Shown: positions 27,763 through 41,642 of the stretch, piece after piece
Numbering within the stretch: position 1 is the stretch's first letter
Layout: each line of letters begins with the position of its first letter
Source of the DNA: the human T2T-CHM13v2.0 reference genome, Homo sapiens
Direction: 5' to 3' (one strand)
Assembly: GCF_009914755.1 (NCBI RefSeq)
Contig: NC_060936.1
DNA: 64,000 bases
Made by a program: the position numbers and the translations under genes
The notes under the pieces: model-generated
What the model saw: the letters and a program-made list of their open reading frames with translations, nothing else
What the model was told of the DNA's origin: nothing
Databases searched by the model: none

Positions 27763-28469
27763 TTTATAACAAGGATATGCTGAGATGGGAGAGGTGAGCA
27801 GGTTTCAGCTCATGCTTGGGCCTCATTGACCATGCTGAGGACTTTGTACTTTCTTCTGAAGATAGCAGGAAACCACTAAAGAATTTTAAGCAGAAAATGA
27901 CATTATTAGGTATAGCATACTTAAAAACATACTCTGACCAAGAAAAGATTTCAAGGCCCCATCAATACAATAAAATAACTAAATCAATTTTGGCTTGACT
28001 TTGGTGTCTCAAGATTCCCTCTCCACAACTGGATGAAATTACTCACCACCTGCTTGTGGGAGGATGGCACACCAAACTGGCTCCGGGGATTCTTTTTCCA
28101 TGTACTCACTCTAGGCAGCAGGGTCATGGTGACAGATGATGCTTGGGCTACCCAGCTGAAGGACCTCAGAAAAGGCTCTTGTAACTCAAGTCTTTATAAG
28201 GACAAAAAGGATTACCTGCAAATATTTCATTTCATATAATAAAGTGAAATATATTCTGTTCTTCAAAAAGTTAACCTAAGCCTAGACATAGGGAAGCAAT
28301 AGCAGATATATCTGGGTTTATATGTACAAATAATATACAAAAGTAGAAAGGTACTCATAGTGTCCCAGTTCTAGCTCCTTAAATCAAAACAAAACAAAAG
28401 AAAAACTTCAGTTCTGCAAAGAGTTCTCACAAAACAGCAAGAATACCAATACAAACCCTCTTAATCACT

Positions 28470-28730
28470 TGTGGTAGACATGGAGATGTGCTGCCCCAGA
28501 TCCCTTACAAAGCACTTTCCATTCAGCAGCAGGTGATATACTCAGTGAACAGCTTCCAGGTGTCAGCTCCTTTAGGGTCTGCCTCAGCTGTAGAGAGCCA
28601 CCTTGCCCAGGGACACAGTCTCCCTGGAGCAACACACATCCTGTCATGGAACTATGACATAAGGCCAGAAGAGCCACTGGATGATTAAGCTCCACAGGAA
28701 GGCCCAGGAGATGAACATTGACCAAGAACA
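28470..28730 (+). mobile_element. LTR16-like (ERVL class) LTR, partial
   Basis: Begins TGTGGTAGACATGGAGATGTGCTGCCCCAGATCCC, resembling the recalled LTR16 5' end; directly followed by ERVL internal sequence. Confidence 0.65.
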
Positions 28731-29371
28731 AATAAATGTATTGGTAAGAAAGGCAATGGCATAATCTAAACGTAGACAACCACATACTCAACCGAATAGT
28801 AGGTCCAATCACAGCTGCTGTGCCAGATGCAGTATTTTTGTTAGAACAGTGGTAGCTCTAGCAACCACCAGAGCTAGAGAGGGCCACAGCTGATGGTGAG
28901 AAAGGTTGCTATTTACTTGACTTATAGCAATGGAGTTGATGACACCCCAAAATAATTGAGGCCATGTGGTGGTGCTTGAATAATGAAATCCAGGGTGTAA
29001 TGATTAATTGTGATTCCTGGCAAGGTTAGAGTGGCTTCCAGTGGGTCAGATCTATAGAAAATATAGGAGATGTGTCTTTACAGGCAAAGTAAATGGGCAG
29101 TGGACTAGGGTAATACTCAGCCTGCTGCAGCAAAAGAAATTAAGTACAGAGGTTCAGCAGACTAAGCATAATCACCCGAATAAATCATTACCCTTGTTCA
29201 GTTTCTAGACCTGAGCCAATTTAAGACCTGAAGCCCGTTGATCAAAGAGAGAACTGGGTCCTCAGGAAGAAAGATCCTAAAACACCATAGCATGTACTAT
29301 GGCAATGATTCTACCAAACTTCCACATTTTACACACTTACCTGAGTAAATGGCTATAGATCCATTTGGAGG

Positions 29372-29657
29372 AAAGTTTGGGAAGTATAAGGACATGGTGC
29401 CTGCATCCGATGAGAGACTTCTGTCTGTGCCATAACATGGCAGAGGGCATTACATCGTGAGAGGGCAAGAGCGTGTCAGCTCAGGTCTCTCTTCCTCTTC
29501 CTCTTCCTATAAAGCCATCAGGGTTCCATCATAGGGCTCTACCTTGATGACCTTGTCTAGTCCTAATAACCTCCAAAGGCCACACCTCCAATCAACATAT
29601 GAATTTCAGGATTAAGTTTCAACATATTAAATTTGGGGATGTGTTCAAACTACAACA
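29372..29657 (-). mobile_element. MST/MLT1A-type MaLR LTR (partial) nested in the ERVL
   Basis: ataacatggcagagggcattacat...ctcaggtctctcttcctctt...gattaagtttcaaca...ttcaaactacaaca. Confidence 0.75.
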
Positions 29658-30639
29658 GTGTCATAATAGTCTGTTGTTATATTGAGGAGCACTCAGAAAC
29701 CAAGTTATAAATGGAGTCCTGGCCAAAATCCGGCTTGCAATAAGTTCACTGGATCCATGGACCTGCCCTGTAGTCATTTCTCCCATCCCTGAATGTATAG
29801 TTGAGATTGATACACTTAATACTTGAAGTAAGCTCCACATTTTGTCCTTGGCCTATAGACTGAACGCTATCAAAGTGAAGAAGGCCAAGCAGAAGTCTCT
29901 AAAACCAATCATCTATGCCCAGCCAAGATAACAAATTAAAAAATACTGCACCAGAGTGCGGAAGAGTGGAAATTAATGCCACTCTTGAAGACCTCTAGAT
30001 CCCAGGGTAATCATCCTTATCATATATCTGCTTATTTTACCAGTCTGACCTCTGGAAAAAGCAGGTGGGTCCTGAAGGTAGGATATTACCACAAATTCAA
30101 CCAAATTATAGTTCCAACCACAGCAGCTGTGCCAACTTCAATATTTTTGCTAGAGCAGATTAATATGTCCTCAAGTACAGCATATGCAGTGATTAACTTA
30201 TCAGATAAATTATTTTCTATCTCAATCAAAAAAGAGTATTGGAAACCACTGGCATTTACATGAATCAGGCAAGAATATACATGTATAGTTTTACCCAAGG
30301 ATAACTTTCCTACTGCAGTCACAACATAGTCCAAAGAAATCTGGACCATGTAGATATCCTAGGGAACTTCACATTGATCAATATCATCAATGATACTATA
30401 GTTATAGGGGCAAATAAGCAAGAGATAGCTAGCATACAGAAAGTCTTGGTAGTAGATATGTGCCCAACAGGGTAGGATATGGACCCTGAGAAAATTGTGA
30501 GGCCTGAAACATTTATAAAATTTCAGGGGCCCCTGTGGTCAGTAACATGCTGACATCCCTTCCAAATTAGTGTACCTTGCACTTCCCACCACCAAAAAGT
30601 AAAATAAAATAAAAAGAAACATAATGCCTAATGAGCTAC

Positions 30640-30984
30640 TGTATTAGTTCATTTTCATGCTGCTGATAAAGACATACCAAAGACTGGGCAATTTACAAAA
30701 AAAAAGAGGTTTAATGGACTCACAGTTCCACGTGGCTGGGGAGGCCTCACAACCATGGCAGAAGGTGAAAGGCACATCTCACATGGTGGCAGATAAGAGA
30801 AGAGAACTTGTGCAGGGAAACTCCCCTTTTTAAAACCATCAGATCTCATAAGACTTGTTCACTATCATGAGAACAGCACTGGAAAGACCTGCCTCCATGA
30901 TTCAATTACCTCCCACCAGGTCCCTCCCACAGCACATGGGAATTCAAGATGAGATTTGGGTGGGGACACAGCCAAACCATATCA
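30640..30984 (-). mobile_element. THE1 (THE1A-like) solo LTR nested in ERVL pol
   Basis: tgtattagttcattttcatgctgctgataaagacatacc...ggggacacagccaaaccatatca; TSD GCTAC/CCTAC. Confidence 0.93.
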
Positions 30985-33025
30985 CCTACATTACACACAA
31001 AAAATACTTCTCCAGTTGATACACTGGGCAATGGGAAAGGCTTCCAGGTTTTAGTGGGATTGTTAAATCTAGAACAGAAGAGGACTCTACAGCAAGTCCA
31101 AGAAGCACAGCAAGCAACTCTGCCACCACTTGGGCCATAGACAGGTAAACCCAATGGTGTTGGAGGTATCAGTGCTGAGAAAAGAGGCCAGGTGGATCCT
31201 GTGTCATGCCGCAGTGGGAGATCACAACAGAAGTGTCTGGGTTTCTGAAGCAAGGCCATACAATCTACAGCAGGTAATTGCGTGTTTTTTGAAAAACAAC
31301 TTCTGACATAGTACTGGCCCCTGCTAGAGAAGGGGTACCTTACCATGGCACAACACATGACCATACAATTCAATTGCTCATCATGGGCTGGGTCCTATCA
31401 GTCCTAGTCATAAGGTTGGGCAGGACCAGCAATAGTTCATCATGAGATGGAAGTGGTATATCCAGCATCAATCACAAGCAGGACCAGAGAAGACAAGTAA
31501 GCTGCATAAGCAGGTAGTCCAAGTCCAGGCACCCAGAGCTTCCCCCTTTATTATAATAGCATTCCTTTTTCAACTCACACCTCTGAACATATGCTGGTCA
31601 CCAACTGACCAACTACTAGAAAGGAAAAAAATTAACCTTGGTTTATGGATGTTTTGGCTTGGTATGCAGACATCAACAGAAAATGGACAGCAACCATAGC
31701 ATATTCAGGGATGACATGGAAAAACATTGAAAAGGGATATTCTTCCCAATGATCAATGCTTTGGTTTGTTTACCTGGTCATATCCTCTGTGTGGAGAGAA
31801 AAGTAACCCAAAGTTGGAATATATATGGATTTATGGACTGTGACATGTGGCCTAGTTGGCTGGTCAGGGGTTGTGGAAGAATATGGATGGACATAAGTGA
31901 GTGATCACAAAATATGAAGATCTTTACAACACATGTTAATGCCTGCAAGAAAGCATTCACTATAAAGAGGAATTAAACAACCAACAGACAAAATGACTCA
32001 GCAGTGGATATCAATATCTGTTATCAGAAAATGCTAAGGCTGAGTCATAATAGCAAAAAATTAACTAGAAACAAACTACAATCAGCAAGCTAGACTGTCA
32101 GCCCCTACATGAAGAAACCAGAGCAGCCCACTAAAGACGTATCATGTTGTGAAAGATGGTTTGTCTGTTATAATCCAGAGAGATTTTTCAGCAAAATAGG
32201 TTAATTTGTGCTCGTTAAGACAGCAAAAACAATCTGTCAACCTGACCCTCTCCACTATCTTTCTGGGAGCCTTGGGGCTGTCCGGAAGCTATGGGGAGAA
32301 CTGCCTGCTTGACAGCTGGTTAGAATACTTCCACAAGATACTGCCATGAATAGGAATTTTTAAATAAGTGCGGTGAGGTTTTTTTCTCATTCTGCCTAGG
32401 TATTCAAAGACCATCTAAGGATATTGGAATGATTTTTAAAAGCTTACATTAATTAAGGAATATTGGATTAGATGCCCTCTTGCATCCAAAAAGCATGTTT
32501 ATTCTATCATCTTGGGACCAAAAAGCAAAATATGGAAGATTAGCAAAGGAAAAAGATAGCAAATCCACAGATGCAGTCCTACTTTAATTGTATTGTTAAT
32601 AATTACCTTTGTTGAACAGATGCAGAAATATCTGATAATCTGTGACAGATGGGAATTCATCTATTCTCGACTCATAAGGGCTGAAGTGGGTGTTCATTAC
32701 TTGGTGACAAGAAAAGCTGTCTTCATCAGTATCCCTTCTGATGTGGTCAGTTTATGTTTGTCATCAGAAGAAAAGACAATCGGGGTTTCATGCGAGCCAG
32801 ATCTGACACTGAATTGCAAAAATGCATGTCTCCATTGACAGATGAGGGAGAGCCCACCAGAGCATGCTTTCTGAGGTTTTCTTCTCCAAGTACTGGTAGA
32901 TTTTGGAAATTTTATATTGTTTTGCAAAACAAACTTTCACACCAAATAGCAGTCACCACACTAAAACTGAGCAAAGACTGGCATACTTTGTCATTCTGAG
33001 AATCTGTAAACACAAATGCTTGTAT

Positions 33026-33063
33026 ACACACACACACACCCCACACACATACACACATACACA
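33026..33063. repeat. Imperfect (CA)n
   Basis: Directly visible. Confidence 0.85.
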
Positions 33064-34004
33064 GAGTGAAACATTTAGCACATATAGTAAGGTGATGGCT
33101 AGGCTTTTCTGAGTATACAATATTTTATTAGCAAAATAGTAACAAATCAAATGTAATGATAGTCCTTCCTGCATTATCCCATTAAACATGTCTCCTTGAT
33201 ATGATTATTGGCCACTTGGCAACCAAAACCCTGCCTTATAAAGCTCTCTGTTTTAAACAGCCCCTGTAAAAATGCATGTTGATGGGTGAATAAAGGAAGG
33301 AGTAAAGGAATGAATGAATGGATAGATGGATGCATGAATACAACGTAAGTAGTATGATAGCTTTTCATAATACATGGCCTTATCACTTGTATTTTCTTAA
33401 CTAATCTCTTAAAATTTGCTTCCCCGTATTACCCAGAATCCAATAATACCTCCCTGAGGTGCTCTCATTTCAACTATTAACCCTGTGGATCACTCAATCC
33501 CATGGGCATTTAAGAGCAATTGTAAGTCTGCTCAGTCCATCATTGTTATTGATTCCTTCATTGCCATACATGGTTACTGTTGGAAATTGGTCCCTTGTAG
33601 TCACATGGGTTGTTTGACACTGCTGACTAATCTCAAATTATGGGAGTTCACCATAGAGTTTCTGATAATATTGAACCTCAAAATAGGTGACAAAGGTCTC
33701 TCTTACTCTAAGGAGGCTTTTTGGCCCCCGTATGCCAATTTACTCACCTTTATATAGCAGGGGATGTTGACAGGGACCTCCCTTGTCAGGCTACCAAATG
33801 TTCTGCTCTTTCTTCCTCAAAGGAAATCAGCCTTACTTTTACCTAACTAACAAGTACTATAACTGCTCAACTGATTCCTGCCTGAATGCAGAAAACCTGA
33901 GGCAAGGTAAAATGTGAGTCTACCCAACGAAGAAAATACAAAAGCTAGTTCTTTTGCAAAAACAATTTAGAGTTCTCACTCACCCAATACTATCCCGCAA
34001 TGGT

Positions 34005-34200
34005 CTCATTAACATATATTAAGTACGGTGTCCCAGCCCTTTGTTAAGCACCTCACATGCATTAACTCCTGTAATCCCCACACAATTTCCATGACAGGCA
34101 CAATTCTTACCTCCTTTTTACAGAATGGAAAACTGTGGTCAAGTAATTTCAGGACCTTGGACTTGCAGAACCAGTTAAGGGTGAAACCAGTTTCAAATAA
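34005..34200 (-). mobile_element. MIR
   Basis: taagcacctcacatgcattaactcctgtaatccccacac...ttttacagaatggaaaactg. Confidence 0.7.
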
Positions 34201-35272
34201 AGAGCATCTAGCTTGTGTGACAGCCCTGTCCTGTGTTATCCATCCATGCTTTTTGCAAGCAGCAGAGTGGGCAGGCAGCAGGAGGCATGGAAGGGAGAGA
34301 TCAAAGATAGGCTACTGGTGCAGGTCGGGTCATTCTGTCTTTTTTGCTATCATGATCCCTCGCTATGGCTCTACAGACAGAATTATTTTTCATGTACCCT
34401 CTGAAGCTCTTCAATGAATTTAAGGTGAAGAAGTCTCAGTCTCACTGAATCAAATTGGATTACAGATATATTGCATACTCTCATTTTCTGCAACATTCTA
34501 TGAGAATCAACACATTTAAAATCCATACATGTTGGAATATGTTGTTTCTCTGGCCAGTCTTTGTTCTGATATGCTCTTGCCTTATTGCTTGTTTAGAAAA
34601 ACCAATTTTCTCAAATACAGAACCTAGGAAAAAAATTGCTGGTGGAATGGCCACTTTTGGCTTTTGCTGTGTTCTTCTATTGGCAGAGGATTTTACATGG
34701 TGCCAAAGATAAGCAAAGAACAAGTAGATTTGAAAAGAGATTTTTTTTAATGGTCAAAAAATCTCCTATTATGGGTAGTTGTATATTTTTGTAGAATGTC
34801 AGGATTTACATAAGCAAATTTTTCTTCTTTCCTTGAAATCATTTCTCTTCTTGAATCCCAGATCTTGGTGTTACCGTGTATGCAACTTACTTTAAAATAC
34901 TTCACCCTAGACAGAGTGATGTAAATATGTGCATGTTTGTTTAAAGTACCCTCTAGGGAAGTCAGCTGTCCTAATAGGAACTCTCATTTCTTGGATGGTC
35001 AATTAGAAAGCTACCATCATATCAGAAAGGTGACACTCTATAAAGAAGTACCTTCTATACTGTATAAAGTACCTTCTATACTGTTCCAGCTATGTTGGCC
35101 TTGGATATGATATTGTTATGTAATATAATGAATTTCAGAAACAAGACCTCCTTGGTGAAATTAATGATAGTTAAGATTTGAGGATACTTTAATGATACTT
35201 CTAATTCTTGCATAAGCCTGGAATAAGTGTTCTAACAAGCCCTTTGGTCCCACTTTAGAAAAGACACCCAAA

Positions 35273-35671
<399 letters not shown>

Positions 35672-36045
35672 CTATTATTCAGTCAGCCTCAAATGAACAT
35701 TTAATGTAAGCTTGGGTCAGTTACTTAAAGGACAGACAAATGGGATGTCAACAAGGTTACAAGACAGGTTGTATGCACTATTTTATGCCCACTTAGAAAA
35801 TATTTAATAAATGTCTAAATGTGTGGCACAATTTTGGTCTGAGAGCTGCTTTCATTATACATTCTATCCTTATTGCATAATAGCTAAACTTCATCACCTC
35901 AAATTTTTCGAGGTTACATTTATCTACAAAAGCACCTAAGATGGGTACACCTTCCAATAGACTTGAGTCTATTTATACTTGCTTATTGTCACCACTCATC
36001 CGCTTACACAAACTAGAAAATTGAATCAACTTCAACATTACCCTA

Positions 36046-36372
<327 letters not shown>

Positions 36373-36439
36373 TAAATTGGACCATGCAGCAAATCTAAAA
36401 CTTTCTAGTATACTTCAGATTCCCTCTTCTGTGCCTCCA

Positions 36440-37030
36440 CTGCTGCTCCACAGATGAGCTTTTTGTTATCTATTACATGGACTGTTGCCACAGCCCCCAA
36501 CTGTCTTTCACCTTAGTCTTTCCTTTCACATTGCTGACGTAATATTTCTCAAGGGTAACCATGTCATCCACTGTTCAGAAACCTTCAATAACCATTCCCT
36601 CCTTTAATAACAGAATAAAGCAGAATTCCTGCAGTTGGAATTCAAGGACTGTCATAGCCGCAGTTTACTTTTTGGCTTCATCTCTTCCTCTTAGTTCTCC
36701 GACATTTGCCACACACATGCCAGTCATTGCCAAGGTCTTTGCTGTTGCTCCTGGGGCTTCCTCTGCCTAGAATGCACACCTTTCCTTCTGCATGCCTCAG
36801 AGCTTGATGTAAATGTCACCTTCTTCACTAATCTTTCCTGATCCCCTTAAGTAGAAGTAATCCTTGCTGCTTCTATTACTACATGTCTCTAAATTTGGTG
36901 AGTATTATAATTAGATGTTTTATCCTATCTCCCCTAGTAAATTGTGTTTTGAAGGCATTGATCGTATATATCCTTCCTTTTATGTTCTTTACAGCACAAT
37001 AGTATTCAGTTAATACTTTTGAATTGTACA
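36440..37030 (+). mobile_element. L2 remnant
   Basis: ctttgctgttgctcctggggcttcctctgcctagaatgc...aaatgtcaccttctt...ccctagtaaattgtg pattern. Confidence 0.55.
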
Positions 37031-37054
37031 GTATGCATACATACTCAGTCTAAC

Positions 37055-37275
37055 TTAGTGGTTTCTTAAATGTCTACTCCAAGAGCAGTAGGATTCAAAT
37101 TTAAGTGAATATGAGAACCATGGTGGTTGTGGTGGTGGAGCAGGAGCAAAAGGGTTTTATATTCAGATTCTGACACCCAACATCCTAAGATCTTGACTCA
37201 GTTCTAGGATGTGACCTTTTAAACACACATCCCAGGTAATCCTGAAACAGATGGTCCCAAGACCACATGCTGGTC
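37055..37275. mobile_element. MER5B-like fragment
   Basis: cttagtggtttcttaaa...tttaaacacacatcccaggtaatcctg...gaccacatg. Confidence 0.5.
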
Positions 37276-37685
37276 TATGAGTCGATGGCAGAGCATGAAC
37301 AGGGAAATACTAACGTGAGTTGGGAGGACTTGTTGGCACTGGGAAAGGAAGCTAGTAGGCAGAGCAGGTAGCTCTCTGGGTTCTGTGTCCTGGAATCATG
37401 CCAATCAACTCAAATTAGTGTCCTAGGGTTTCACTGTTTTTCAAACTGATCTACAAAAGCATTCATACTTTTGAACTACACTTAAAGAGCACCTGCAGGA
37501 ATTCATCTATGGTGATTGTTTCCTTACTTTGAACATAACATACTTGAAGATGTCAAACAGAATGTAATATTTGGGCTGGGAAGTGGGAGATGGGGTGGAA
37601 CGGTAGAAAGAAAGCCTAATAGAATCCTGTCTCTGAAGGCTAAAACAATTTGCAACAATCAGTGATAGTCCTTCTGTTATCACTA

Positions 37686-38062
<377 letters not shown>

Positions 38063-40224
38063 TCATCAAAATGTATAAAACACCTTCAGTTTCAGCTACA
38101 ACACGTCAAAAGTTTGGAAGTCATTACTTCCATCCTTATAAGAAAAAGCCCAACATATTGAAAATCAATGACTTTCCTTCAATTCATCAGATAATTGAGT
38201 TCAGGGGAAAAACTGTGCCCCTCAAATTTAGAAAAATAGATGAACACATAGAGTTATGGCCGAACTCAGAGAATCATAGCCAAATACAGAGAATCACAGC
38301 TGAGATTAGCTTATCTGCTGCAGAAGCCACAAGAGCTATAAACTGGTAGAAACACTTTAATGATTATTTTGATGAATTGCTAGAGGCCGAGTGTAAACTG
38401 GCTTAGAGTAAGACTTCTTGGGCACCCAGTCCTAGAGGGGTTCTCACACTTTTCTGAGTTTTATCTCCAGGAATCCTCAGGTTCTCATGGTGAACAAGCC
38501 ATGGAAATTAAAAACAAAAAAATTCTTATTTTTGGTAGGAGGAGGGGAAAATAAATCATTTTGAGAGAAACCCAGAACATGCTCTATGACAAAAGCCTAA
38601 TCTCTAGGAGAAACAATTTTACCAAATGCTTATAACACCAGTGAGAAAGGTGTCTATCCAATCCCAGTTTCCTCCAGCCTTTCTATTTCACCTAAGGAGA
38701 GAATAAACAAGTTTAGAAACACTGTAAAAGTCACAGTGCAGACACACAGACCCACTAAAACACTGAGATACCATCATAAAATTACAGAATATTTCTTCTC
38801 TTGTACCTTATCACCAACAGGGCTTCAGTATAATAAGAGTGGAGTGCTGCAAGACACAGATTCTATTTAAGGAGTAGCTCCTTGGGAAGCCAAATACAAG
38901 AGGGGAGACGTAAATGAGGAAAGTGAAGGCTTTGGCAACTACATCTGCCATAAACATAAAAATAGCCCAATCCCCAGCTGGATAAGCATAAAACCTTATA
39001 TTAAAGGCCTATTTCCCTCAGTTCCTATTGTTCAATACATGTCCAGATTTCGACAAAATACTATGAGTCATGCTAAAAGGCAAGAAAAAAAAATAGAACC
39101 TAATGAGATAAAGCAATATAATAACAAAATTCAGATATGACATAGGTTTGGGGATTATTAGACAGGAATTTTAAACATTATGATTATTATGTCAAAGTCT
39201 CTAGTATAAATGTAGACATGTAAGAACAGATGGGTTTGTAAGCAGAGAGACAGAAACTCTAATAAAGAGTGAACAGGAAATGCTAGTCAAAAACACTGTA
39301 ATAGAAATGAAGAATGACTTTGATGGGCTCATCAACAGACTGATCAGGAGACTGATCAGGAGACTGGGCATGGACAAAAAAAGAATCAGTGGACTTGAAA
39401 ATGTGGTAACAGAAACCTCCAAACAGAGATACAAAGAGAAAATACAAAAGATAATAACAATTTTAAAAATAGAGCATCCAGGAACTGTGGGGCAATTTCA
39501 AAAGGTACAATATTCACGAACTTGGAATGACAAAAGAAAAAGAAGAAGGAGAGGAGAACAGAAGAAATATTAAAAGTAATCATGTCCGGGATTTTCAAAA
39601 GTTAGTGACAGACACCAAATCAAAATAAAGGAAGCTTAGAAAAACACCAAGCAGGATAAATATGAAATAATCAACACCTTGGCATATCACATTAAAACTG
39701 CAGAGAGAGAGAGAGAGGTTTTTTTAAAGCCAAAGGGAAAAAAAATACTCACCTCACCTATAGAAAAATAAAGATGAAAATTATATTGGACTTCTTCTCC
39801 TCAGAAACCATGTAAATCAGAAGATAGTGAAGTGAAATATTTAAAGTATTAGAAGAAAAACAATACCACCAGCCTAGAATGTTATACCCAACAAAATTAT
39901 TTTCAAAAAAGGAAAAATAAAGGTTTTCTCAGATAAATAAAAACTGAAGTGGTTTATTGTAAATAGACCTTCTCTGTAAGAAATATTAGAATTTCTTCAG
40001 AGAAAAGAAAAATTACGTAAGTCAGAATTTTGATCTACATAAAAAAGGAAGAGTGTCAGAGAAGGAATAAAGAGGAAATCAAATAAAATACTAAGAAAAT
40101 GGAATTATATTGAATGCTCAATCAAAACCTGCCAGAGAAGGTAGAAAAAGAGAGCAATGTATTTTTAAATGCCACCAATAGAAAACAGTTACACACATAG
40201 TAGTTATTAAACCAGTTAAATCAC

Positions 40225-40315
40225 TGTATCGGTCTTATTTGGGCTACTATAACAAAATAGCATATACTGGATAGGTTAAACAGCAGAAATTTGTTTTCTC
40301 ACAGTTTAGGAGTCT
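40225..40315 (-). mobile_element. MaLR (MST/MLT1A-type) LTR end fragment in L1
   Basis: tgtatcggtc...gggctactataacaaaatagcata...gaaatttgttttctcacagttt. Confidence 0.65.
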
Positions 40316-41314
40316 ATAATTATATGCTTTCAACAAGAAACCCTTTGACACATACAAACACACATGCGTGCACACACACACACACACACATACATATATA
40401 TAAAGGAATGGAATGCTGATGCTAATCAAGTGAATGCTAGAATAGCTATATTAATTTCAGACAAACTTGACTTCAGAATAATGAAAATTATCAGGGATAA
40501 AGAAGGACATTACATAATAATAAAAGGACTAACTCTTCAAGAAGATATAGCAATCCCTAATGTGTATGCAGTGAACAACAGGGCATCAAAATACATGAGG
40601 CAAAAGTTGATAGGGCTGAAAGGAGAAACAGATAAATTCACTCCTATGGCTGGAGAATCTCATACCTCTTTTTCAGTAATTGAAAATGATTCAGCAGGCA
40701 GAGAATCAATAAGGATATAATCAAAATAAATAATAACATCAATCAACTTGAACTAATTGACATATGTAGAATATTTTTATGCTTCCCAAGCTCAAGTGGA
40801 ACATTTAGCAATATAGACTACATATGAGCAATAAGTAAAATACAACTTAACATATTTAAAAGAACATAAATTATACAAAATATGTTTTCAATCACAATGA
40901 AATTAAATATCAATGACAGAAAGATAACTGAAAAATCCAAAAACACAAATACAACTCTAAAAAAGGGTCAAAAAGAGTCTCAGACATTTAAAAATATTTA
41001 GAAATACATAAAAATTAAAATACAATTTATCAAAATTTGTGGAATGTAGCAAAAGCAGAGCTTAAGGAAACAATAGCAGTAGCTGCACATATTAGAAAAG
41101 AAGAAATATTTATAATCAACAATGTAAGCTTACACCTTAGGAAACTATAGAAAAAATATAAATTTAAGCCCAAATCAAGCACAAAATAATAAAATAATAA
41201 AAACTAGAAAGGGAATTGATTTCATTGAAAACAGGGAATCAATAGAAAAAAATCAACAACAGCAAATTCTGGCTTTTGGAAAAGAAATATAAAATTGATA
41301 AACTGCTAGCCAGG

Positions 41315-41642
41315 TGTCTGAATCCACTTTGCTTCTACAACAGAATACTTGAGACTGGGTAAATTATAATGAACAGAAATTTATTTCCACAGTTCAGGAG
41401 GCTGGGAAGTCTAAAATTGAGGGGCCAGATGATGGAAGGTAGAAGGGCAACACTGGACAAGATGCAGGGAGGGTAGACAAACTTCTCCCTTTTTAACAAA
41501 CTCACTCTGACATTAATTTAATAATGAAGGAAGAGCCCTTATGGCCTAATCACCTCTTAAAGGTCCTACCTCTTAACACTGTTATAATGGCAATTAAATT
41601 TCAACATAAATTTTGGAAGGGACAAAGATTCAAATCATAGTA
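41315..41642 (-). mobile_element. MLT1A/MST-type solo LTR inserted in L1 ORF2
   Basis: tgtctgaatcc...gagactgggtaaattataatgaacagaaattt...ttcaaatcatagta; perfect 5-bp TSD CCAGG (41310-41314, 41643-41647). Confidence 0.88.

Larger units (their letters stand above)
28750..32030 (+). mobile_element. Decayed ERVL-class internal region (ERV3-16A3/HERVL-like gag-pro-pol)
   Basis: Translated remnants match ERVL pol: YHKFNQIIVPTTAAVPTSIFLLEQIN...FSISI...LAFT (RT, 30078-30260), LQQVQEAQQATLPPLGP, FEKQLL, RWKWYIQHQSQAGPEKTSKLH; many stops and frameshifts. Confidence 0.85.

Noticed and set aside
28470-32030. Coding-competent ERV or domesticated gag/pol gene
   Set aside because: Only short ORF remnants, a degenerate YxDD region, two nested LTRs and no visible 3' LTR.
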